64,000 nt of DNA from an uncultured Planctomycetales bacterium (GTDB taxonomy: Bacteria; 4484-113; JAFGCY01). Made by a program: the position numbers and the translations under genes. This document shows positions 57,231 through 64,000 of this stretch, piece by piece; the stretch's first letter is position 1, and each line of letters starts with the position of its first letter. The notes under the pieces are model-generated. The model was not told where the DNA came from, made no database searches, and worked only from the letters and a program-made list of their open reading frames with translations. The stretch covers positions 27,148 through 91,147 of the forward strand of contig CAZEJB010000007.1 of the NCBI GenBank assembly GCA_964512635.1. Direction: 5' to 3'.

Positions 57231-58040
57231 GTGCATCCCAACCAGGAGCAGCCCTGTGGCCCCAGCATGGCGCAGCGCATTGCGGTACGGCAGCGGCCGG
57301 CCGGGCGCGCTTTCATGTTCAACCGCTGGGAGCGCCTGCTGTTCGCGCACTGGGAGTACCCCGTCGCCGACCTGGCCTATAGGATTCCACAGGGTCTACA
57401 CCTCGATACATACGACGGCAAAGCATATATAGGCGTGGTGCCCTTCCTGATGCGCCGGGTCACCCTGGCCGGCTGGCCAGTACTGCCGGGAATCTCCAGC
57501 TTCCTCGAGCTCAACGTGCGCACCTATGTCTACGACGACTACGGCCGTCCCGGCGTCTGGTTCTTCAGCCTCGACTGCAACCAGCCGCTGGCGGTCATCG
57601 GCGCGCGGCGGCTGTATAACCTGCCTTATGAGCACGCCGCAATGCGCGCTGGCCTGGTCAGTGGAACCCAGTTGCATACTTACCAGTGCCGTCGGCGCGG
57701 GCACAGCTCCGCGCGCAGCTTTGGCATACCGACGCACGAACCTTATGGGCGGGCACAGTTCACTTGGCAACTATTGGAGACGCTGAAGGAGGCCGAGCCC
57801 GGCAGCCTGGAGTTCTTCCTCGCCGAGCGCTACCTGCTCTTCGCTTTTGACTATCGCCGCGAGAAGCTCTATAGCGGCGCCGTGCACCATGCCCCTTATC
57901 GCGTTGCCGCGCTGAAGGCAACTGTATGGGACGAGCAGCCGCTGCTTTGGAACGGCTTTGAGGCGCCCAACAGACCGCCCGACCACTGCATGCTGGCCGC
58001 CAGCGTCGATGTTGAGATCTTCAAGCTGCAGGCGATGTAG
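57231..58040 (+). CDS. Hypothetical protein, possibly DUF2071-like
   Basis: ...WERLLFAHWEYPVADL... ...YIGVVPF.... The family assignment is tentative. Confidence 0.35.
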   Translation: MHPNQEQPCGPSMAQRIAVRQRPAGRAFMFNRWERLLFAHWEYPVADLAYRIPQGLHLDTYDGKAYIGVVPFLMRRVTLAGWPVLPGISSFLELNVRTYVYDDYGRPGVWFFSLDCNQPLAVIGARRLYNLPYEHAAMRAGLVSGTQLHTYQCRRRGHSSARSFGIPTHEPYGRAQFTWQLLETLKEAEPGSLEFFLAERYLLFAFDYRREKLYSGAVHHAPYRVAALKATVWDEQPLLWNGFEAPNRPPDHCMLAASVDVEIFKLQAM

Positions 58041-58058
58041 CCCCAGCGCGCGAGTCGG

Positions 58059-59279
58059 CTAGGTCAGCTCGAGCTTCACCGGCGCTTCCACTTCGGCCTG
58101 GCTCCAGCGCTGCGTTTCCTCAATGATCGCGAAGCTCTCGATGCCGATTTGCGGATGCTCGACCAGGTGGATCGTCCGCGCCGCTCCGACCACGCTGTGT
58201 CCTTCCGGCCCATGTGTGATGGTCACCGTCGGCCGCGTTGGCAGGTGCAGCGGGAAGGATACCGGCTCGGCGATCTCGCCTGTCGAGAGGCGCAGCATGC
58301 TGCCGCGTGGATAGAGCAGCACATGCTTCAGGAAGGCGACGAAGATCCGCGGGCTGACACTGCTCTTGGTCTGGGCCAGCAGCATCTCGTAAGCCTGGTA
58401 GGGCTGGAAGCGCTCGCGCCAGTCGCGGGCGGTCACCAGCGCGGCGAACTTGTCGGCCAGGCTGACGATCTGGCTGAACTCGTGGATCGCCGAGCCGCGC
58501 TTGTTCTTTGGGTAGCCGCCACCGTAGTAGTTCTCATGATGCTCAAAGGCCACTATGGCGGCCGTACTGCTGAAAGAGTTGACTTCCTCAAGGATGCGGC
58601 GGCCGAAGTAGCTGTGCTTGCGCACCTCGCCCCACTCGCTCTCCGTCAGGCGGCCGGGCTTGGCCAGCACCCGCGGGTTGACCCGCAGCATGCCCACGTC
58701 ATAGAACAACGCAGCGATGCCGAGGTCCAGCAGGTGCGGCACGTTATAGCCCAACCCGGCGCCGATGCAGAGGCTGTAGACCCAGGCCGTCGGGCAGTGG
58801 CGCACGCAGCGCGCCTGGAAGAATCGTGTTTGTCGCAGCAGCTCAAAACAGCGCCGTGAGCTGAACAGCAGGTCGATCGTGTGGTGGATCGTCTCCTCGA
58901 CGACACGGGCCACCGCGGGCTCGCGGGTGCAGTGCTCGGGCCGGGCGAAGCTGGGGACCAGCTCCCAGAAGGCCTCGCGCAGCATACGCCCCATTCCGTC
59001 GTAGGTCGGCGGGCTGTCGTGGTTCAGCACCAGGCGCTTGTAGAACTCCACGTCCTGGTCGGAGAAGTGGATATAGATATGATCGACCTGCTGCTCACGC
59101 AGGCGCTCGATCAGCGCGCTGTCCAGCGCTGTGTTGTGGCGCAGCAGCATCTGGCCTCGGTGCTCCAGGTTGCGTGAAAGCACCATGCCAGGAACGGCCC
59201 GCTCGATCGGCACGCGGAATTCGGGCAGCGCCATCGCCGGCGCGTTATCCGTCCTGCTCAGTTCCTTGGCCACATCCAT
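58059..59279 (-). CDS. HD-GYP domain protein (putative c-di-GMP phosphodiesterase)
   Basis: HD motif region (...HLLDLGIAALFYDVGM...) and HHENYYGGGYPKN (GYP signature). Confidence 0.75.
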   Translation of the reverse strand: MDVAKELSRTDNAPAMALPEFRVPIERAVPGMVLSRNLEHRGQMLLRHNTALDSALIERLREQQVDHIYIHFSDQDVEFYKRLVLNHDSPPTYDGMGRMLREAFWELVPSFARPEHCTREPAVARVVEETIHHTIDLLFSSRRCFELLRQTRFFQARCVRHCPTAWVYSLCIGAGLGYNVPHLLDLGIAALFYDVGMLRVNPRVLAKPGRLTESEWGEVRKHSYFGRRILEEVNSFSSTAAIVAFEHHENYYGGGYPKNKRGSAIHEFSQIVSLADKFAALVTARDWRERFQPYQAYEMLLAQTKSSVSPRIFVAFLKHVLLYPRGSMLRLSTGEIAEPVSFPLHLPTRPTVTITHGPEGHSVVGAARTIHLVEHPQIGIESFAIIEETQRWSQAEVEAPVKLELT

Positions 59280-59324
59280 CTTCTTGCGGCCCCGTCTGGG
59301 CCAGAGGGTATATCGGCAGGAAGA

Positions 59325-59380
59325 CGCGCACTCAGCAATTGGCCGCGGTATGACGCGTGCGCACAGCTACAATCGCTGCA
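59325..59380 (+). promoter_or_regulatory. Conserved 5' sequence of cassette copy 1
   Basis: tgcgcacagctacaatcgctgcagtgcgtgcggtctacagcaaaccggg is nearly identical to 61958-62010. It contains a TACAAT -10-like hexamer 7 nt before the GTG. Confidence 0.35.
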
Positions 59381-60571
59381 GTGCGTGCGGTCTACAGCAA
59401 ACCGGGTGAAGTACTGAAGGGGTGGAACGAGGCTCTGCTTGGCCTGCGTGAGAGTCCTCTGCCTCGCTACTGGTGGGCTCAGGATCAAGCCGTCTCGGCA
59501 GCACGCCCCTGGTATGCCCGCGGGATCGGACTGTACCTGTTTGCGGCTGTGCTCAGCGCTGCGGTTTGCATAGTGATCTGGCTCCTCAATCAGCGGCTGG
59601 CGTCTTTCCCGGCCCGCAGCCTCACTGCGCATGAACTCGCCGCAGTCGAGCTTGGACTAGTCAGTGCCGCCGCCAGTGCTTCCGTCTGCCTCTATCTCAT
59701 TACGCTGTTTCTTTCCCGTTTACATCGCGCCATCTTCATCTGCCTCGGCTTTCTGGAAGCCCAGCCCAGGCGTGTGCAGCGGCGCAGCCTGGACGACCTG
59801 CTGGCAGTAGCCCGGCTTTCCGAAATGGAGTTGCTAGTTGGTCTCCTGGCTTATTGCCTTCGCAGCCTGCTGCCACCTCTGTGCGCAGTGTACTTTTCAG
59901 CGACGCTGTTCATCGTCTGCCTGCAAGCCACTGCCGGCGAGACTCGCGTGAATCCAATGCTTTTACTCTCCTACCTGCCGGTCGTACTGGCTGCCTGTCT
60001 GGGAGGAGCACTTGGGACGGCCAACAGCCTGCTGCTCAGCGTCGTACTGAGCCGCAGCTACCGTGCCAGCCTGCTGCCTCAGCTGGGCTCGGCGATGCAG
60101 ATTATGCTGCAGGCGGTCAGTATCCCGCTGCTGCTGGCCACATTCTCAGAGAGTGCTTTTCTCGGGTTGGTCTTCGATCGCTTTGGCCTTGCAGGCAGTC
60201 AGCTTGTGGTCATTGGGGAATTGTTCTTTCTGTTCCTCCTCGTCTACACGGCACGGAGAGTCACCGGACTGCGCTTCCTGCTGGGAAGCGGGCCATTGAT
60301 AGCGCTTGGACTGTTTCTTGTCTTGCCGCTGGCCTCATCCATCCTCGACGGCGATCATTCCGGTTTAGCGTCATTACTGCTGCTTGGTCTCCTTGCAGTT
60401 CAGTGTTGCTTTTGCGGCGTCAATCCGGTTTTGCCGAAGCTGTTGTCTGAAGGCAGTCATGAGGTCTTCCTCTTTACTATCAGCCTGATCCCGCAGCAGC
60501 TGGCACTGCTGCTGGTCCTGGCCGAACTGGCGCGGGATGCGGTGCTGCGTCGAAAGTGGGAGGGGACATGA
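59381..60571 (+). CDS. Polytopic membrane protein, family B copy 1
   Basis: About 10 TM helices. 45-50% identical to 61988..63214, with the same N-terminus (MRAVYSKPG.....GW..AL.GLRE.P) and C-terminus (ARDA..RRKWE). Alternative GTG start at 59357. Confidence 0.6.
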   Translation: MRAVYSKPGEVLKGWNEALLGLRESPLPRYWWAQDQAVSAARPWYARGIGLYLFAAVLSAAVCIVIWLLNQRLASFPARSLTAHELAAVELGLVSAAASASVCLYLITLFLSRLHRAIFICLGFLEAQPRRVQRRSLDDLLAVARLSEMELLVGLLAYCLRSLLPPLCAVYFSATLFIVCLQATAGETRVNPMLLLSYLPVVLAACLGGALGTANSLLLSVVLSRSYRASLLPQLGSAMQIMLQAVSIPLLLATFSESAFLGLVFDRFGLAGSQLVVIGELFFLFLLVYTARRVTGLRFLLGSGPLIALGLFLVLPLASSILDGDHSGLASLLLLGLLAVQCCFCGVNPVLPKLLSEGSHEVFLFTISLIPQQLALLLVLAELARDAVLRRKWEGT

Positions 60572-61950
60572 GAGGCGTTCAGGAGAGACAGCGGTCCGAG
60601 TATCAGCGCGATCCCCGCTGGCAAAATGCTCAGAGACGTATAGCCCTCCTTTTCTGGGCGCTGCTCTTGCTGTCGCCGCTGGTTCTGTGCATGCCGATCC
60701 TGGCGGCGCGTCTTCTGCCCGTGCGGCATCCGGCATCGACCGGCGACAAGCTGGCCGATGCACTGGTAGACGCATCAAGTCATGCGCGTAAGCACGCGCA
60801 GGGCAGGGAACTGCCAGGCAATGGAGTCCTGACTAGCGGTCTGCTGGAAGAGCTGGAGCCGGCACTTGAGGGCGAGCCTGGCTGGAACGAACTGCTGGTG
60901 CTGGTTTCGAGCTATGACCCGGGGCCAATGGCTGCGGGCGGTCAGGGGCGCACGGAAGAGATTATCGAGAAGGCCAGGCAAAGCGGGGATCTAAGCCCTG
61001 AGCTCATGCTTATTGACCTGCAGCTTGCTCGGAAGGCACGAAGAGCCGAGGCCATCAAGGCTCATCTTCTCTCGATAAAGGAAGAAGAGTTTGATCGTCA
61101 ACAGGAACTGGCAGGCCAGATTGAGCGCCTCGAAGCCCGGCACGAGGAGATGTACATTCAGAGCTTGAAGCAGCTTCAATCCGTGGACCAGGACAACGCT
61201 TATCCACTCTACCTGGAGGCCCAGGCTGAGCTTGAACGTGGGCATTACGACGCTGCACTGATCCTGCTCCGCAAGGGGAACGAGCTCCCAGCGGCCGATA
61301 TGCTTCCACTCAGCCCGCGAAAACAGTTTCTTGCGCTTTGCGCAACCGGGCGGCAGCCCAGGGATCAGCTCAGCGCGCTGTATCTGAGCTACGACTACAC
61401 CGGCCTGCTGAGCGAGCCATTCCTTGATATCTACGAGAGTCTGGTGGTCAACGCGCAGCGCGATTCTGACCTGCAGCTTATGGACGATCTGCATACTTAC
61501 CTGTGTCGCTTGGGCCGCGCCCACGGTGTCTCTCGCGACCTCAGTCGCAAGTGCTGGTTTGCGCTGGATGATCTGGCGAATGCGCGCCTTGGCAGCGTGG
61601 CTGGCGGCCGCAAGCTCAGCTCCGATCAGAATGCAGCAATCATCGGCCTGCGCCGGAAGCTGAACTCGCTCAGTCAGCAGTACAGTGTGCCGGCGTACCT
61701 TGGCAGCTCGCATTGGGCGACATACTCCAGTGGAGCTGGTCCCCAGGCCTGGCTCAGTTACGTCTCAGGCGTCCTGGATGAACAAGTCAGGTCTGTCAGT
61801 GAGGTTTATGACCAGGCCGGAGAATACGATTGGGAGGTCGACTGGTGTCGCAGCTCGATGCCTGGTGGCACTGTCTATGAGAGGCTGCGCGAACTTGAGC
61901 ATTTCGACTACCGCAGCCTGAACTGGACTGCCGACGGCTCAGGCCCCTAG
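60568..61950 (+). CDS. N-anchored protein, paralog family A member 3
   Basis: The start overlaps the upstream stop (ATGA). Signal-anchor (IALLFWALLLLSPLVLCMPILAA). Shares the ...LLRKGNELPAAD... motif with the other family A members. Confidence 0.55.
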   Translation: MRGVQERQRSEYQRDPRWQNAQRRIALLFWALLLLSPLVLCMPILAARLLPVRHPASTGDKLADALVDASSHARKHAQGRELPGNGVLTSGLLEELEPALEGEPGWNELLVLVSSYDPGPMAAGGQGRTEEIIEKARQSGDLSPELMLIDLQLARKARRAEAIKAHLLSIKEEEFDRQQELAGQIERLEARHEEMYIQSLKQLQSVDQDNAYPLYLEAQAELERGHYDAALILLRKGNELPAADMLPLSPRKQFLALCATGRQPRDQLSALYLSYDYTGLLSEPFLDIYESLVVNAQRDSDLQLMDDLHTYLCRLGRAHGVSRDLSRKCWFALDDLANARLGSVAGGRKLSSDQNAAIIGLRRKLNSLSQQYSVPAYLGSSHWATYSSGAGPQAWLSYVSGVLDEQVRSVSEVYDQAGEYDWEVDWCRSSMPGGTVYERLRELEHFDYRSLNWTADGSGP

Positions 61951-61957
61951 CCTGCCG

Positions 61958-61987
61958 CGAAGCCTGCGCACAGCTACAATCGTTGCA
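61958..61987 (+). promoter_or_regulatory. Conserved 5' sequence of cassette copy 2
   Basis: See 59325-59380. Confidence 0.35.
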
Positions 61988-63214
61988 GTGCGTGCGGTCT
62001 ACAGCAAACCGGGACCTCTGATTCAAGGCTGGCTGGCTGCTCTCCGCGGCTTGCGCGAGAACCCAATGGCGCATTACTGGGGAGCGCAGGACAGCGCTGC
62101 TGCCGCAGCTCGGCCGTGGCTTGCTCGCGGCAACTCCCGCCTGATCGTCGCTGCTGCCTTATGTGCTGCGATCGTGTTTTTCCTGCTGCGTCTGCAGACC
62201 AGCATGCAGCTTGAGGCCTCCGGCACCCTCGCCAGGCAGCAGATCGCCCAGGCCTACAGCAGCCTTGGCGGAATGCTGATTCTGCTGGGGGCTCTGCTCA
62301 TCTGCTGGCTGTGGATGCTGCAGCGCTTCTATCTCTGTGCCCAGCTCGCGCTGGCCTTTCTGGAGCCGCAGCCTAAAAACCGCCAGCGACGGAGCCTGGA
62401 CGACCTGCTGGCCGTCTCAAGTCTTAGTGAGCAGGAACTGCTCTGCGGCCTGCTGCTGCACTGCCTGCGACGGCTGCTGCTTCCCATGCTCATCTTTACA
62501 GCCAGCTGCGCCATCTGCGTCGCCTTTGCCCGCGGGCAGGCATTTCTGCCGGACCTGATAAGGTACGACAGCGCAAGCCTGACCGATTGGTTCCTGCTTA
62601 CAGCTGTCATCCTGGGCGCACTCATCAGTGGGATTCTTGGGGCACTGAACAGCATCCTGCTGCTGCTCAGCCTTGGTCTCAGCCGCAGACCCAGCCTGCT
62701 GCCTCTCAGCGGCGCCTGCGCCCAGGCGCTGACCCAGTTCGCCGTCGGTGCGCTGATGAGCGCGGCAATACTCAGCTCCGGTCCGCTGGCCTCTGACGCC
62801 GAGCCCCTGCCGGCATTCGAGGTCTACAGCGGCGTACTGGCCGCCTTGTTCTTCACCTGGCTGCTGGGCATCCTGGCGCTCTACCTTGCACGGCGCTGGT
62901 CATGGCTGCGCTTCGTGCTTGGGCACGGCATTCTGTTCCCGCTGTTCTTCGTGATCGGCCCACTCCTGGCCTTTGAGCTTTTCGCCGGCGACGACCCTGA
63001 GGGCAGCGCGACGCTTGTCCTGGGGCAGATCGTCATGCTGATCGCCTACTCTTTGCCCTCGCCCCTGCTTTTCGCGGCCTGGCTGCAGGGTTCAGGAGTC
63101 TTCTTTCTTTCGCTGCTGCTCGTGCTGGTGCCGGTGCAGGTGCTGGGTATCCTCGTGTTGGCCGGCTTTGCCCGGGACGCGATCCAGCGCCGCAAGTGGG
63201 AGACCCAGGCATGA
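61988..63214 (+). CDS. Polytopic membrane protein, family B copy 2
   Basis: GTG start. Homologous to 59381..60571. Confidence 0.6.
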   Translation: MRAVYSKPGPLIQGWLAALRGLRENPMAHYWGAQDSAAAAARPWLARGNSRLIVAAALCAAIVFFLLRLQTSMQLEASGTLARQQIAQAYSSLGGMLILLGALLICWLWMLQRFYLCAQLALAFLEPQPKNRQRRSLDDLLAVSSLSEQELLCGLLLHCLRRLLLPMLIFTASCAICVAFARGQAFLPDLIRYDSASLTDWFLLTAVILGALISGILGALNSILLLLSLGLSRRPSLLPLSGACAQALTQFAVGALMSAAILSSGPLASDAEPLPAFEVYSGVLAALFFTWLLGILALYLARRWSWLRFVLGHGILFPLFFVIGPLLAFELFAGDDPEGSATLVLGQIVMLIAYSLPSPLLFAAWLQGSGVFFLSLLLVLVPVQVLGILVLAGFARDAIQRRKWETQA

Positions 63215-64000
63215 AAGCTCTGCCCACCAGCAGCTCTGCGCCCCAAACTAGGCGATCAGACTTGTCAAAGCGCAGTCCGGTATGGCAACGCCGCCAGCGC
63301 CTCCTCCATTCTGCTGCTTGGGTGCTGCTGGCATTTGCCTGTATCGGAGCATGGCTGCCGCTGGCCCTTGATGCGCGGCGTCAGACACAGCCGCTTGAAG
63401 CAACCGGAGACGCCCTGCTGGATGAGTACATGCGTGTCATGGTCCAGAAGTGGCGCCGCGGCAGTCCGGACAACGATGACTGGCAGCTGGACCGCCGGGA
63501 AGTTGAAGCCCTGCGCGAACGCTTCCCTGACGATCCGCGAGTAAACGACCTGTACCTGCCGGCCATCCGCATGGAGATGGATTACGAGAAGGTTGATGTT
63601 GAGCGAACCACCTTTATTCGTAAATGTCAGAGCGAAGGGACTTCCACCCCGGCCATGGACTATCAACTGCTCGTCTCAACCCTGCGGCAGTGGCGCTCGG
63701 ATGCGGAGAAAGCGACCGGACTGAAACGGCCCCAGCGCTCCAGGTCCACGCCACAGCAGCTTGTCGACTATTACAAGGGCATCGAGAAGTGGATTAGCGA
63801 GCATCACGGGTCCGAGCGCGAGGCAGCCCTCGCCGCGGTACAGTCGGGGCCGGTGAGCTACGCCGCGGCCTACTACTTTGAAGCTGCTCGGCTCGCCGAC
63901 CTGGGCGAGTATGAAGGAGCGATGGACAAGCTGCGTGAAGGCAACCGCCAGCCTGACGCCCGGCCGAAGGCCTTCCCCTACTCCGCCTTCGTCGAGCTCT
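63211..64000 (+). CDS. N-anchored protein, paralog family A member 4 (partial; runs off the window end)
   Basis: ATGA overlap with the upstream gene. Signal-anchor (AAWVLLAFACIGAWLPLAL). Carries ...AMDKLREGNRQPDARPKAFPY.... Confidence 0.5.
   Translation, partial: MKALPTSSSAPQTRRSDLSKRSPVWQRRQRLLHSAAWVLLAFACIGAWLPLALDARRQTQPLEATGDALLDEYMRVMVQKWRRGSPDNDDWQLDRREVEALRERFPDDPRVNDLYLPAIRMEMDYEKVDVERTTFIRKCQSEGTSTPAMDYQLLVSTLRQWRSDAEKATGLKRPQRSRSTPQQLVDYYKGIEKWISEHHGSEREAALAAVQSGPVSYAAAYYFEAARLADLGEYEGAMDKLREGNRQPDARPKAFPYSAFVEL

Noticed and set aside
59357-59380. Upstream GTG (59357) as the B1 start
   Set aside because: The homologous B2 gene has no start codon at the equivalent position (CTG). 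The conserved GTG at 59381/61988 is the likely start, and the upstream 24 nt are conserved as nucleotide sequence.

Overview
This window is a high-GC chromosomal segment, about 63-65% GC. It probably comes from an uncultivated diderm bacterium, because it encodes TonB, an outer-membrane beta-barrel protein, Sec/lipoprotein signal peptides, FliS and MreB. Its backbone is housekeeping genes, nearly all on the minus strand: an archaeal/eukaryotic-type pheS, a folE-folP pair, the canonical rpsP-KH-rimM-trmD-rplS operon, lepB, rpsD, mreB, acs, gmd, alkB and xerC/D. REP-like palindromic elements are scattered through it. At least two REP families are present, a GTAGGGGCG...GCGCACAGAGTGCGC family and a GGGACTGTGTCCC family, and there is a bona fide REP-associated tyrosine transposase (RAYT) flanked by inverted REPs. 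One REP sits in-frame inside folP. Several other conserved proteins carry low-complexity in-frame insertions: TrmD has a tandem-repeat insert, and L19, MazG and FliS have smaller ones. Accessory content includes a putative cohesin/dockerin surface module: an S8 protease with a C-terminal dockerin, plus a lipoprotein scaffold with cohesin-like, dockerin, FN3 and TlpA thioredoxin domains that sits in an operon with an OMP beta-barrel and a second TlpA. There is a 2-kb low-GC insertion next to acs, flanked by about 90-bp direct repeats derived from the acs 5' end and promoter. A class-3 lipase gene is bracketed by two paralogous exported proteins. Most strikingly, there are two tandem copies of a translationally coupled two-gene cassette with conserved 5' sequences. 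Each cassette encodes a polytopic membrane protein followed by an N-anchored protein of the same paralog family, giving four family members within 14 kb. I recognise no tRNA, rRNA or CRISPR. Many long plus-strand ORFs in the track are antisense shadows of minus-strand genes, as expected in high-GC DNA.
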